64,000 nt of DNA from an uncultured Pseudomonadales bacterium (GTDB lineage: Bacteria; Patescibacteriota; Microgenomatia; UBA1400; MFAQ01): the NCBI GenBank assembly GCA_964439805.1, contig CAYTOI010000001.1:3573-67572 (forward strand), written 5' to 3'. The translations under genes were made by a program, and so were the position numbers. Shown in pieces: positions 1 through 10,107 of the stretch. Each line of letters opens with the position of its first letter. Position 1 is the first letter of the stretch. A model generated the notes under the pieces. It did no database searches, was not told the origin of the DNA, and worked only from the letters and a program-made list of their open reading frames with translations.

Positions 1-140
1 CTTTTTACTTGAATTTCTTTTTTAAGCCTTGTTTGCCACTCCAAAGGTATCTCAATATTTTTCAACACATTAATATCAACCTCAATTTTTATTAGGCTTC
101 TCAGTAACTTATTGGAAATCTCAAACTTAGGTAAAAACAC
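1..140 (-). CDS. N-terminus of a gene running off the window, possibly Fic family
   Basis: Manual translation from GTG at 140 gives MFLPKFEISNKLLRSLIKIEVDINVLKNIEIPLEWQTRLKKE, open to position 1 and resembling Fic-protein N-termini. Catalytic motif not visible. Confidence 0.45.
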   Translation of the reverse strand, partial: MFLPKFEISNKLLRSLIKIEVDINVLKNIEIPLEWQTRLKKEIQVK

Positions 141-169
141 TTAACTATTATTGCATTTTATGCGGAAAA

Positions 170-1036
170 TCACAATCTACCCAACACCTCTTTATATACA
201 AGAGGTATACACTCTGCCACATCTTGAGCACTAAACATCAAACCCCTCTCGTTCATTAATTTTTTTCCAGCAAGTTTCACCAAGTGTGAAGCAAATGAAA
301 CTGCCAAAACTGGTTCATCCTTAGCCAAAAACCCTAGTATTAGCCCGGCTGTAACATCCCCAACGCCACCCTTTACCAAACCATCACTACCACCCTCAAT
401 TATTACGACTCGGTCACCACTACCAACAATAGAAACTTCATCTTTTATCAAAATTATTACTTCATATTTTTTTGCCAAACTCATCAACATCTCAGCTCTC
501 TCATTGAGATCTTTAGGTTGTTTAACACCAAAAAGCATCTCAAACTCTTTACTATTAGGAGTCAATATTGCCCCTTTTGGAATCTCACCTATAGTTAGCA
601 CCTGTAACGCACCTCCATCCACAATCCATCTTTTATCAGGAAATTTTTTAAACAAAGAAAGTACCATGTCTCTAGTTTTTTGTCCTTCATCATCACATAC
701 AAATCCGTGCTCTTTAACATGGCTTCTCATCATTCCAGGACCAACTAATACCGCATCAGACTTAGCCACATAACCCTCAACATCATCTTCAGGTATCCAC
801 ACAAAAGCTTGAAGTTCAGATTTTATTTTACTTACTGCCTCAAAATCATCTTTTGGACTAGCAAAATAAACCATGCTCACCACTCTACTGCAAGCCTTTA
901 AAGCCATAATTGGTGCTCCGTGGAACAAACTGCTTCCCCCAACAATGGTTACCTGCCCGCCAGAAAACTTACTTGCCGTATCAGCAAAAGTATTAGACTT
1001 CAAAAACCAATTCTCCTCAAATTTCTCTATTATCAC
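170..1036 (-). CDS. nnrD: ADP-dependent NAD(P)H-hydrate dehydratase (YjeF C-terminal domain)
   Basis: IVGGS..FHGAP, LVGPGM, IVDGGAL, ILTPN..EF and KGGVGDV motifs. Confidence 0.85.
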   Translation of the reverse strand: MIIEKFEENWFLKSNTFADTASKFSGGQVTIVGGSSLFHGAPIMALKACSRVVSMVYFASPKDDFEAVSKIKSELQAFVWIPEDDVEGYVAKSDAVLVGPGMMRSHVKEHGFVCDDEGQKTRDMVLSLFKKFPDKRWIVDGGALQVLTIGEIPKGAILTPNSKEFEMLFGVKQPKDLNERAEMLMSLAKKYEVIILIKDEVSIVGSGDRVVIIEGGSDGLVKGGVGDVTAGLILGFLAKDEPVLAVSFASHLVKLAGKKLMNERGLMFSAQDVAECIPLVYKEVLGRL

Positions 1037-1061
1037 TTCTATATTCTATATCAACACATTA

Positions 1062-1093
1062 TTTTGAGTTTTTGGTTTTTTGAATTTTTGAGT
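1062..1093 (+). repeat. Degenerate 4x octamer array (TYTTGART family), intergenic
   Basis: ttttgagt ttttggtt ttttgaat ttttgagt, directly upstream of TATAAT at 1096-1101. Confidence 0.7.
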
Positions 1094-1107
1094 TTTATAA
1101 TATATCT

Positions 1108-1368
1108 ATGACAAAAAAGAAAACCCCTAAACAAGTTCATCTCAAAATACTAGCTCAAACACTTACTTTAGCCACTACTTCCCTAGGTTTAGTGGCCGCC
1201 TTAGCTTGGAACGAAGCCATTACTGAATACGTCAATGTCTACATCAAGCCATACTTTGCCAAAGGTTCAGGAGTTCTCTCTCTTTTTATCTACGCACTAT
1301 TAATTACTATTTTTACGGTCTTCGTTTCTTATCAGCTCACCAAAATCAGCAAAAAAATCGTCAAGTAA
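1108..1368 (+). CDS. Small two-TM membrane protein (DUF5654-like)
   Basis: GLVAALAWNEAI...LFIYAL..T pattern; TATAAT 6 nt upstream of ATG. Confidence 0.75.
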   Translation: MTKKKTPKQVHLKILAQTLTLATTSLGLVAALAWNEAITEYVNVYIKPYFAKGSGVLSLFIYALLITIFTVFVSYQLTKISKKIVK

Positions 1369-2413
1369 GATCCACCCTCTTTGCCTGCTTAAACATTTCT
1401 GCGTCTCCCAAATCAGCTGTTGTCACAATTACTTGTCTACCTTCGGTAACCCTCAATACTTCTTGCTTGTGGACTTCATCTAGTTCCGAAAAAATATCAT
1501 CAAGCAGTAGCAGTGCTTTTTTACCACCCTTTTCTTCAATAAAATAAATTTCACCCATTTTCATAGCAAGTACTGCCATTCTTTGCTCTCCACGAGATCC
1601 AAAAGTAGAAAGATTTCTACCATTCTCATTTACTATCAAATCATCTTTGTGTGGCCCCACCAGAGTGTATCCTACTGCCACTTCAGCATCTTTATACTGT
1701 AAAAGTCGAGACTCACTAATAGGGCTCATTTCATAAACCAGTTTTACATTTTTAAATAGCTCACTCCGTGCAAACAAATCATTTATATACTGCACCAATT
1801 CTTGTCTTTTTACAGTTACCGCGTTTCCATGCTTTATGAGTAGTGAGTCCCAAAAGGTCAACGCGTGTCTAGTAGCCGACCCATCTCTAATAGCATCCAG
1901 AATTTTATTTCTTCTTCTTAAAGCCTGTTCATATGTGGAAAGATTGTTTTCGTATATTTTATCCACCTGAACCAAAAGCCTATCCATAAATTTTCTTCGA
2001 ACATCAGCTGATCCACTAACAAGCTCAACGTCTTCAGGGCGAAATATAACTACCGGCACAAGCCCCAACAAATCTTTTCTTCTACGAGACACACCGTCAA
2101 TTAAATATTTTCTTTTATTGACTACCTTGCCCATTACCACCCCACCATTTACCATTACTTCTATTTCTTGAGTATCTCCATTTTCCCAATCAATATTTGC
2201 TTTTACTTTTCCCAGCTCAGTCCCAAACCTTACCATTTCTTCAGTGCGACGGGCTCTAAAGCTTTCTCCAATACTCATAAGATATACAGCTTCCAAAATA
2301 TTGGTTTTCCCTTTGGCATTTTCTCCAAAAATTACATTCACTCCACCATCAAATTCCAGTTTCTTATCTTCGTAATTTCTAAAGTCCGTTAGCTGTAAAT
2401 TTCTTATTCCCAC
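1361..2413 (-). CDS. recF: DNA replication/repair protein RecF
   Basis: FRNY, Walker A GENAKGKTN, GPHKDD, GSRGEQR, LLLDDIFSELD. Confidence 0.95.
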   Translation of the reverse strand: MGIRNLQLTDFRNYEDKKLEFDGGVNVIFGENAKGKTNILEAVYLMSIGESFRARRTEEMVRFGTELGKVKANIDWENGDTQEIEVMVNGGVVMGKVVNKRKYLIDGVSRRRKDLLGLVPVVIFRPEDVELVSGSADVRRKFMDRLLVQVDKIYENNLSTYEQALRRRNKILDAIRDGSATRHALTFWDSLLIKHGNAVTVKRQELVQYINDLFARSELFKNVKLVYEMSPISESRLLQYKDAEVAVGYTLVGPHKDDLIVNENGRNLSTFGSRGEQRMAVLAMKMGEIYFIEEKGGKKALLLLDDIFSELDEVHKQEVLRVTEGRQVIVTTADLGDAEMFKQAKRVDLT

Positions 2414-2430
2414 GCCTAAAGTATATCAGT

Positions 2431-3324
2431 TTATTTTTGACAACCAGGGCAATAAAATGTCCCTCTCCCCCCAAGTTTTATTTTTACAATATTTTCTCCA
2501 CAATTTTTACAAGGCTTACCATCCTGTTTATAAGTCAAAAAGAAATTCTGATAAGTTCCTCCCAGACCTTTGGTATCAACATAATTAGCCGCACTTGCTC
2601 CTCCGCTCTTGATTCCCAGATCTATAACAAACTTTATTGCATCTCGCAAATCTTTTACCTCACCCTTGTTCAAAGTATCAGTTCTCCTAGTAGGCAATAT
2701 CTTTGCCATATTCAAGGCATCATTAACATAAATATTCCCCAAGCCACCCATCAGCTGTTGATCAAGTAACACAATTTTTATTGGTCTTTTTATTTTTTTC
2801 AAAACTCCCTCAAAATAACCCAAACTAAACTCCTCATCCACCACATCCGGCACTTGAGTTCTTGATTCCTTGAGTTCTTGAGTTCTAGAAATTATCTTCA
2901 TCCACCCAAAAGCTCTCATGTCATTAAAAAATAGTTTAGATTCATCTTCAAAACCTATCTCCACTCTCGTATGTTTGCTAGGCAATTCATTTACCCAATC
3001 TGCTGTCGGATGCCCACCAACAATTCTCTTCTCAAAATCTTGAATTTTATCAGTTTTTAGTTTTTGAGTTTTTTTAATTTTCTCCAAGAAAATTAACTGT
3101 CCCGTCATTTTAAGATGAACCATTAGCTTCTCGTCAAAATTTTCAAAATCAATATTAATTGTCTTTGCTCTTCTACTTACCTTGAGCACTTTCTTACCTA
3201 TCAAAACTTCCTTATTCCCCAAAAAATTCTTCTCACGATAAACCATAATGCTTCTCACAGCTTTCCCCTTAAGCACTTCATTTAATTGAAGTGAAATTGT
3301 TTCAACTTCTGGTAGCTCTGGCAT
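2431..3324 (-). CDS. mutM: Formamidopyrimidine-DNA glycosylase/AP lyase
   Basis: N-terminal MPELPEVE, HLKMTG, GLGNIY, C-terminal CxxC...CxxC zinc finger. Confidence 0.97.
   Translation of the reverse strand: MPELPEVETISLQLNEVLKGKAVRSIMVYREKNFLGNKEVLIGKKVLKVSRRAKTINIDFENFDEKLMVHLKMTGQLIFLEKIKKTQKLKTDKIQDFEKRIVGGHPTADWVNELPSKHTRVEIGFEDESKLFFNDMRAFGWMKIISRTQELKESRTQVPDVVDEEFSLGYFEGVLKKIKRPIKIVLLDQQLMGGLGNIYVNDALNMAKILPTRRTDTLNKGEVKDLRDAIKFVIDLGIKSGGASAANYVDTKGLGGTYQNFFLTYKQDGKPCKNCGENIVKIKLGGRGTFYCPGCQK
2852..2883 (+). repeat. 4x octamer array inside mutM (encodes RTQELKESRTQ)
   Basis: acttgagt tcttgatt ccttgagt tcttgagt. Confidence 0.9.
3038..3080 (+). repeat. Degenerate octamer array inside mutM (KIKKTQKLKTDKIQD)
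   Basis: tcttgaat tttatcag tttttagt ttttgagt. Confidence 0.5.
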
Positions 3325-4434
3325 TTATTTTTCTGTCAAAACCCACTTAATGACTTTTTTTATTTCCACCAAAAATCTCTTCTCCGAAAAAAGCATTGCC
3401 CTCTTTTGGAGTTCCAACTTTTTCCAGCTTTTTCTCATTACCCTCTTGACGGCAAGTTGCAATGTTTTCTCCGAGGTATCGTTTACCAAAATACCTGTTA
3501 CTCCATCTATTACCGTCTCCTTAAATCCACCGCCGTTAAAGGCTATTACAGGGGTTCCAGCAGCCATAGATTCTACCGGAGTAATTCCAAAGTCTTCTTC
3601 TTTAGCAAGCGCAATAAACCCCTTAGCTTTTGCATAAAGTTTTGCAAGCTTAGCGTCATTCACCCTACCCAACAGCTCTACCTCCTTGATTTTCAACAAC
3701 TCATTCTTAATATTTGAAAACCCTACTGACTCACCAGAAATTTTCAATTTATACCCAAGTCCAATTACAGCCCTTGCCGCTTCTACAATTCCTTTTGCTC
3801 CCACCAACCTAGACACAATCAAAAAATAATCTTCTTTTTCAACTCCTTTTGCTTTTTGAATAATTTCTTCCACATTTACAGGGGGGTAAACAACTATAGA
3901 ATCTTTTCTATAAAATTTCCAAACTCTTTTCTTTACATTTTCTGAGTTAACTATCCAAAAATCCACCCTCTTAGAGCTCCACAAATCAAATATTCTCAAA
4001 AAATGATTTACTACAACTGCATATACTCGCACAATCCAAAATCTCTGCAAATTGATACTTGTCTCGTAACCATACAAAAATCTTGGTGGAGTGTGGCAAT
4101 AAGCAATCACCTTTGCTTTAGGATTAGTTCTAAACCCCCTCGCAAAAAAAGAGGAACAAGAGGTAATAATTAGGTCATACTCCCGAAGATCAATACTCCA
4201 CCAAACAAGAGGGGCCAAAAACCGAAGAGGACTATACAAATTAAAGTATTTCAACATCCACCCAAAACTACTTTCAACCACATTTCTATCTTTAAACTCC
4301 TTTGCACATTTTGAGTTTCTTAATACAAAAGAAGTATAAATCGGGGCTTCTGGATAAAGATTTGAGATTTGGCGCAACACTCTCTCTGCCCCACCAAACT
4401 CTTTTATATAATCATGAACTATAGCTACTTTCAT
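3325..4434 (-). CDS. Glycosyltransferase family 4
   Basis: MKVAIVHD..GGAERV; EDFGITPVESMAAGTPV (EX7E motif). Confidence 0.92.
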   Translation of the reverse strand: MKVAIVHDYIKEFGGAERVLRQISNLYPEAPIYTSFVLRNSKCAKEFKDRNVVESSFGWMLKYFNLYSPLRFLAPLVWWSIDLREYDLIITSCSSFFARGFRTNPKAKVIAYCHTPPRFLYGYETSINLQRFWIVRVYAVVVNHFLRIFDLWSSKRVDFWIVNSENVKKRVWKFYRKDSIVVYPPVNVEEIIQKAKGVEKEDYFLIVSRLVGAKGIVEAARAVIGLGYKLKISGESVGFSNIKNELLKIKEVELLGRVNDAKLAKLYAKAKGFIALAKEEDFGITPVESMAAGTPVIAFNGGGFKETVIDGVTGILVNDTSEKTLQLAVKRVMRKSWKKLELQKRAMLFSEKRFLVEIKKVIKWVLTEK

Positions 4435-5372
4435 ACAAATATATCTACGACATCCTTTTCAAATTTTTCCTCAGGCAACCTATTAATGAGACTTTTAAAA
4501 TCTAGTTTTGTTAAAAGAACTACAACTTTAGCTTTATCATAATCAGACAACAGGCACTTTACCCAATCAAACTCCAAGGGAACCTCCCTAAAAATCTCAG
4601 CCAGATGTCTACTCTTAATCCCCATTTCTTTATCATCGAGAAGTAGTTGTCTCGTCCTAGGTTTTATTTTTTCACTTTCAATGTTTTTATATATTTCCTC
4701 TACGGAACCAAAGTCCTTAACCAGCTGAGTAGCAGTCACCTTACCGATACCTTTAACACCAGGAATATTATCAGATGAGTCTCCCATCAATCCTTTTAAG
4801 TCAACTATCTGCATTGGGTCAAGCTCATAAACTTCTTTAAACTTGTCTTCATCAAAAACCACAGACTGTGCATACTTGTTTTGTACTGGCAGGTAGACAA
4901 CTACCCTCTTACCATCGATTAGTTGCAGAGCGTCCCTATCTCCCGTCACTATTATCACCTGAACATCAATATCTTGAGTTCTTGAATCCTTGAGTTCTTG
5001 AGTTCTTTGCGACGCAACCCTAGCAATCGTCCCAATAATGTCATCAGCCTCATAACCCTCAATTCCGTATTGCGGAATGTTTAACGCAGAAACCACTTCC
5101 TTAGTTCGCTCTATTTGAGACACCAAAGATTCATCCATAGGACCTCTTTGGGCTTTATACTCAGCAAATTCTTTCTTTCGAAAAGTAGCACCCTTAACAT
5201 CCCAAGCCACTACTATGTGAGTTGGAGATAGTTTTTCTATAACCGAAAACAATAGAGTCGTAAAACCATAAACTGCGCCCACCAGTTCTCCACTCGGAGT
5301 AGTGAATGGTGGATAAGCATGAAACGCTCTGTGCAAAAGAGCGTTTCCATCTATAAGAATTAGTTTTTTCAT
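4431..5372 (-). CDS. Stand-alone 5'-3' exonuclease/flap endonuclease (PolI N-terminal domain)
   Basis: LIDGN..HRAFHA, YKAQR, GYEADDIIGT, TGDRD, GDSSDNIPGVKGIG; no polymerase domain. Confidence 0.92.
   Translation of the reverse strand: MKKLILIDGNALLHRAFHAYPPFTTPSGELVGAVYGFTTLLFSVIEKLSPTHIVVAWDVKGATFRKKEFAEYKAQRGPMDESLVSQIERTKEVVSALNIPQYGIEGYEADDIIGTIARVASQRTQELKDSRTQDIDVQVIIVTGDRDALQLIDGKRVVVYLPVQNKYAQSVVFDEDKFKEVYELDPMQIVDLKGLMGDSSDNIPGVKGIGKVTATQLVKDFGSVEEIYKNIESEKIKPRTRQLLLDDKEMGIKSRHLAEIFREVPLEFDWVKCLLSDYDKAKVVVLLTKLDFKSLINRLPEEKFEKDVVDIFV
4972..5003 (+). repeat. 4x octamer array inside the exonuclease gene (RTQELKDSRTQD)
   Basis: tcttgagt tcttgaat ccttgagt tcttgagt. Confidence 0.9.
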
Positions 5373-7229
5373 TTATTCGTAAGAACCTTTTTCCATACCT
5401 ACGATTTCTTCAAATTCTTCTTGTTCCAAAGTTTCTATTTCAATTATCTTTTCAGACAGCTTATCCAATACTTTTTTGTGCTTCTTTATAATTTTCTCAG
5501 CCAACTGATAAGCTTCGTCAATTTTTTTCTTAATTTCTTCGTCGACCTTACTTTGCATTGCTTCAGATAGCTTCCCAGACTCTCCATAAGAAAACCCCCA
5601 AGCGTTATTTTCAGTTGTAGAGTTTAGTGAAACAGGTCCCAACACACTCATTCCAAAATCCACTACCATTCGTCTTGCCACCATTGTAGCCCTTTCTATA
5701 TCGTTGCTTGCTCCAGCAGTCAGTTCATTAAAAATTACTTTCTCAGCAGCTCTTCCTGCCAGCATCATGGCCATATCATGTTTCAGTTCACTTTCAGTCT
5801 GTTGGTACTTATCAATCTTTGGCCTGCTCATAGTAAATCCAAGAGCCATTCCCCTAGATACAATACTAATCCTATGAATCGGGTCAGTTCCAGACAAAAG
5901 ATGACCAACGAGTGCATGACCCATTTCGTGATATGCAGTCATTTTTTTCTCCAAATCGCTAGACAACCTTCTTCTTTCTGGTCCCATCTTCACTTTCAGA
6001 CCAGCCTCTTCAATGTCTTTCATGCCAATTTCTTTGTGATCGTCTCTAGCGGCAAGAATTGCAGCCTCATTTAACATGTTCTCTAGGTCAGCCCCAGAAA
6101 AACCAACCGTTCCTTGCGAAACTCTATCCCAATTAACATTTTTACCAAACGGTTTTCCTTTTTTGTGAATTTCCAAAATTTCTTTCCTACCTTTTATGTC
6201 AGGAAGGTCAAGGGTTACTCTTCTGTCAAACCTACCAGGTCGAACCAGTGCGGGGTCCAATACATCAGGCCTATTTGTAGCAGCCATTACTATTACATTT
6301 TCATTTTTGGAAAAACCGTCCATCTCTACCAAAATTTGGTTTAGCGTCTGCTCTCTTTCGTCATGACCTCCCATATTTCCACCAGCACCACGAGTTCTAC
6401 CAATCGCGTCCATTTCATCTATAAAGATAATCGCCGGTGCCGCCTTCTTTGCTGTATCAAACAAGTCTCTAACTCTACTTGCACCTACTCCAACTAGCAT
6501 TTCCATAAATTCAGAACCAGCCATAGAAAAGAAAGGAACTCCTGCCTCACCAGCAACAGCTCTAGCCAGTAGAGTTTTTCCTACACCAGCAGGTCCAGTC
6601 AGAAGAACTCCCTTTGGAGTCCTTGCACCTACATCTAGGTACTTCTTAGGATTTTTCAAAAAGTCTACAACTTCCACCAACTCTTTTTTTGCCTCATCTA
6701 CTCCGGCTACATCTGCAAACTTCACACTTTGCTTTCCTTTTGCAAAAAGCTTTGCCTTACTCTTTCCAATTCCAAACATATCTCCACCACCACCTTGTCT
6801 CTTCATCATATAAAACATCAATATTCCAAAACCAACAATCGGTAAAACCATAGAAATTACATCCCAAAACGCTTTTCCAAAATCTTGAGAGACCACTTCA
6901 ATTTTTACCTTAGACTCATCAACCCCAGCTTTTTGCAATTGATCATAAAAACTAGAGCCTTCCTCTTTTCGGGATACACCAACTGGCTCAGTTCCTTTAT
7001 CATCCTTGGGATAATAAACCATAATGTCATCCCCACGAATTTCCACTCTTTGAATTTGACCTTTTTTTATTTCAGTAACCACCTCAGACAATGACAAATT
7101 TTTTACCAAACCCGTACTTCCCAAAAATAATTTAATTAAACTAGGAACAAATAAAAATACAACCAAAAGCCACATCAAGGCTCTTCTCATATTAAAATTT
7201 ATCTTGAACTCTACTTTTTTTGTTTGCAT
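5373..7229 (-). CDS. ftsH: ATP-dependent zinc metalloprotease FtsH
   Basis: Two TM segments, [27 protein letters not shown]. Confidence 0.97.
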   Translation of the reverse strand: MQTKKVEFKINFNMRRALMWLLVVFLFVPSLIKLFLGSTGLVKNLSLSEVVTEIKKGQIQRVEIRGDDIMVYYPKDDKGTEPVGVSRKEEGSSFYDQLQKAGVDESKVKIEVVSQDFGKAFWDVISMVLPIVGFGILMFYMMKRQGGGGDMFGIGKSKAKLFAKGKQSVKFADVAGVDEAKKELVEVVDFLKNPKKYLDVGARTPKGVLLTGPAGVGKTLLARAVAGEAGVPFFSMAGSEFMEMLVGVGASRVRDLFDTAKKAAPAIIFIDEMDAIGRTRGAGGNMGGHDEREQTLNQILVEMDGFSKNENVIVMAATNRPDVLDPALVRPGRFDRRVTLDLPDIKGRKEILEIHKKGKPFGKNVNWDRVSQGTVGFSGADLENMLNEAAILAARDDHKEIGMKDIEEAGLKVKMGPERRRLSSDLEKKMTAYHEMGHALVGHLLSGTDPIHRISIVSRGMALGFTMSRPKIDKYQQTESELKHDMAMMLAGRAAEKVIFNELTAGASNDIERATMVARRMVVDFGMSVLGPVSLNSTTENNAWGFSYGESGKLSEAMQSKVDEEIKKKIDEAYQLAEKIIKKHKKVLDKLSEKIIEIETLEQEEFEEIVGMEKGSYE

Positions 7230-7242
7230 ATTTTGTTGTTTA

Positions 7243-7578
7243 TTATCTTACCACCGAACCTACTTCTACCTCATCTGGCAAAAATATCATCACCGGCTTC
7301 TCTTTGGTATCAGCCATAATCACCATTCCTTCAGAAAATTCTTGACCCATTTTTTTGGGTGTCATGTTTATTATTACTGGCAATTTTTTCCCTACCAAAT
7401 CCTCTGGCTTATACCAAGCTCTAATTCCCGAAAACAAAGTTTTTTTACCAATTTCTTCACCAAAATCTATTACATATTTTATTAGCTTTTCACTCCACTC
7501 TGGTTCAGTAGCTTCTACCACCAAACCAACTCGGATGTCTAGTTTTTCAAAGTCTGTGTAATTTATTAGTTCTTTCAT
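7243..7578 (-). CDS. tRNA-binding OB-fold protein (Trbp111/CsaA/MetRS C-terminal-like)
   Basis: DFEKLDIRVG...SGIR..Y...N..PKKM...SEGM. Confidence 0.85.
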   Translation of the reverse strand: MKELINYTDFEKLDIRVGLVVEATEPEWSEKLIKYVIDFGEEIGKKTLFSGIRAWYKPEDLVGKKLPVIINMTPKKMGQEFSEGMVIMADTKEKPVMIFLPDEVEVGSVVR

Positions 7579-7580
7579 TG

Positions 7581-8579
7581 TTATTTAAAATTTATTTTCA
7601 TAGCAGATTTCATCTCATCCACTATTCCCTCAGCAATCAGGCTCACTTTTTTACTTCCTTCCAAAGCTTTAATCAATAGTTGGTCTTTAATCTTTTCCGC
7701 CTCTTTCCTTTTTTCTCTAATAGGACTCAATACTTCATTCATAGCTACAAAGAGCTTTTCTTTAACTTCTACGTCGCCAACAGTTCCTTTTACATATCTA
7801 TCTTTAAGTTCTGCCACCTCATCTTTATTTTTATTAAACAAATCGTGATACATAAACGCCACATTTCCCTCAATAGTTCCCGGGTCAGTTGCGTGTATCC
7901 TCTTAGGATCTGTAAAAACCTTGAAGATTTTTTCTCTTAAGGTTTTCTCGTCATCAGACAAATAAATTGCGTTATTTAAACTCTTGCCCATTTTTTCATT
8001 TCCATCTATACCTGGCACATTCTTTTCCACTCCCACCAAAGCTTCAGGCTCATGCAACACCTCAACTCCATAAGTAGCATTAAATTTCCTGGCCAACTCT
8101 CTTGCTGTCTCAATCATTGGCAACTGATCCTTACCCACAGGCACTAAGTCAGCATTAACTGCCAAGATATCTCCTACCTGGTGAACTGGGTACATAAAAA
8201 ATCCTAAAGGTGTCGACTGCTCCATCCCTTTTTGAGCCAACTCAGTTTTTATGGTCGGATTATGGCTAATTTGCTGAATTGTTACAAAATTCGATAAATA
8301 GACAAAAATCTCATGAATTTGCTTTACTTCACTCTGAATAAATACCGTTGATTTGTCAAAATCAATTCCTACTGCATAGTAATCGCAAAGCAAATCAAGC
8401 ATACTTTCGGATACTTTACCAGGATTATCAAAATTATCAGTCAGAGCCTGAACGTTTGCTATCAACACATACTGATCATATTCGTCCTGAAGCTTAACCC
8501 TATTCAGCAAAGACCCCAACAGATGGCCAATATGAAGCCTACCTGTAGGTCTATCCCCAGTCAAAATTCTCTTTTTCAT
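7581..8579 (-). CDS. trpS: Tryptophan--tRNA ligase
   Basis: [32 protein letters not shown]. Confidence 0.97.
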   Translation of the reverse strand: MKKRILTGDRPTGRLHIGHLLGSLLNRVKLQDEYDQYVLIANVQALTDNFDNPGKVSESMLDLLCDYYAVGIDFDKSTVFIQSEVKQIHEIFVYLSNFVTIQQISHNPTIKTELAQKGMEQSTPLGFFMYPVHQVGDILAVNADLVPVGKDQLPMIETARELARKFNATYGVEVLHEPEALVGVEKNVPGIDGNEKMGKSLNNAIYLSDDEKTLREKIFKVFTDPKRIHATDPGTIEGNVAFMYHDLFNKNKDEVAELKDRYVKGTVGDVEVKEKLFVAMNEVLSPIREKRKEAEKIKDQLLIKALEGSKKVSLIAEGIVDEMKSAMKINFK

Positions 8580-8581
8580 AG

Positions 8582-8655
8582 TAGCTGGGGCGAGACTCGA
8601 ACTCGCGCTCTTCGGGATATGAATCCGATGCTTTAACCAACTAAGCTACCCAGCC
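8582..8655 (-). tRNA. tRNA with CAT anticodon, probably elongator tRNA-Met
   Basis: GGCTGGG/CCCAGCT acceptor stem, D arm, anticodon loop TTCATAT, GTTCGAG T loop; CCA not encoded. Confidence 0.9.
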
Positions 8656-8737
8656 AAAACTCCTCTTATTTTAGCATTACCCTAGCCTCAATTGCTATTT
8701 GAGTTCACTTCGTGCTAAAATAAGCCTGTTCTCTCTT

Positions 8738-8810
8738 TGCGGGGGGAAGGTAAGTATCTTGTCGGGCTCATAATCCGACTTAACTGGGGGGCGGAGCCTC
8801 AGCCCCGCAA
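8738..8810 (+). tRNA. Initiator tRNA-fMet-like (CAT) with non-canonical D and T loops
   Basis: TGCGGGG/CCCCGCA acceptor stem; TCGGG-CTCATAA-TCCGA anticodon arm typical of initiator tRNAs; T arm CTGGG...CTCAG lacks TTC. Confidence 0.7.
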
Positions 8811-8812
8811 CA

Positions 8813-9205
8813 CTATAGACTATTTGGATTAAATCCCAATACTTCAAGCCATTTCTGCCAATTTTTCAATTCTTTTGTTTTTAAATCTAGGCCCATAGTT
8901 TTAGAGCCCGAGCTTGGCATAATTACTACCACCTCACCACTTCTCTGCATGTTCAGCTTCTCCCGAACGAGCCTATCTTTATACTCTTCCGTGCTCACTA
9001 GCCTCAATTTTTCAGTCAAGAGCTGGTTTTTCTCTCTAGTAGCCAATAATCTCTTTTCAGTCTCCTCAATTCTAGAAAAACCTCTCTTTGTCTGCCAAAA
9101 GTCACGCACCATGGACAATATAAGCAGCCACAAAACAACAAGTAAAAGGCTTCTCATCCAGAGATTTTTGCCATCCACAGAACCCCCTTTTTTTGATACT
9201 TGCAT
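8813..9205 (-). CDS. Septum formation initiator (FtsB/DivIC family)
   Basis: TM segment, coiled coil, then VREKLNMQRSGEVVV. Confidence 0.75.
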   Translation of the reverse strand: MQVSKKGGSVDGKNLWMRSLLLVVLWLLILSMVRDFWQTKRGFSRIEETEKRLLATREKNQLLTEKLRLVSTEEYKDRLVREKLNMQRSGEVVVIMPSSGSKTMGLDLKTKELKNWQKWLEVLGFNPNSL

Positions 9206-9240
9206 TTGGTAGACCTAGAATGTTATAATAAACGCCATAT

Positions 9241-10107
9241 ATGGAACAAAATGCTAAATCAGCTATAAATAGCTTCAAAGAGAACCTTGCCAAGCAAGGC
9301 AGAGCCTCTGCTACTATCTTAGCCTATTCTAAAGATATTGAGCAATTAACTGATTTTATTGGTAAAAGTGGCAAAGCAAGTCTAAAAGACATAACCAAAT
9401 CAGACATTGACTCTTTCAAGGAAGATTTAGCTCAAAAGAACTACACCACCAAGTCCATCTCTCGTAAAATCAACTCCATAAAGAGTTTTTTCAGTTACAT
9501 TCAAATCAATGGTGTTATTGTCGATAATCCAGCTACCGAAGTCACCCACCCTAAATACGACATCAAACCTCCAAGATTGTTAAACAAACTTGAATACAGA
9601 GCCTTAAGAGACGTTTGCAAAGACGATGCTCGTATGGCTGCTATAGTTGAACTCTTGCTTCAAACAGGCATGAGAATCTCCGAACTTGCCAACCTAAAAA
9701 TCAAGGACATCGACAGAACCTCAAACCAAGCCACAATCAGAGCTTTTGAGTCTCATCCAGAAAGATCTATCCCCTTCAACCAACCAGCCATGGAAGCTCT
9801 AGATCGCTACCTTGCCATTAGACCAAAAAGCTCTAATGACAGTGTTTTTATAACCAAAACTGGCAACACCTTCTTAATCCGCAATATCCGTTCAAATTTG
9901 GATCGCTATTTCCACATTGCTGGAATTCAAAACGCCAAAGTTAACGACTTAAGACACACTTTTATTGCTCAACAGCTAACTTCAGGTAGTCCTTTGGTCT
10001 ACATCAGTAAGCTCGTCGGACACAAAAGACTTTCTACAACTGAAAAATACTTGGAGTTTATTTCCGAAAAACCAGCCAAAGATAAGCCAAAACTTATCGA
10101 CCTGTAA
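9241..10107 (+). CDS. XerC/XerD-like tyrosine recombinase
   Basis: SAM-like N-domain, TGMRISEL, NDLRHTF, LVGH..LSTTEKY. Confidence 0.92.
   Translation: MEQNAKSAINSFKENLAKQGRASATILAYSKDIEQLTDFIGKSGKASLKDITKSDIDSFKEDLAQKNYTTKSISRKINSIKSFFSYIQINGVIVDNPATEVTHPKYDIKPPRLLNKLEYRALRDVCKDDARMAAIVELLLQTGMRISELANLKIKDIDRTSNQATIRAFESHPERSIPFNQPAMEALDRYLAIRPKSSNDSVFITKTGNTFLIRNIRSNLDRYFHIAGIQNAKVNDLRHTFIAQQLTSGSPLVYISKLVGHKRLSTTEKYLEFISEKPAKDKPKLIDL

Noticed and set aside
4431-5372. Truncated polA pseudogene
   Set aside because: The domain is intact, its stop overlaps the next gene's start, and stand-alone 5'-3' exonucleases are well known.
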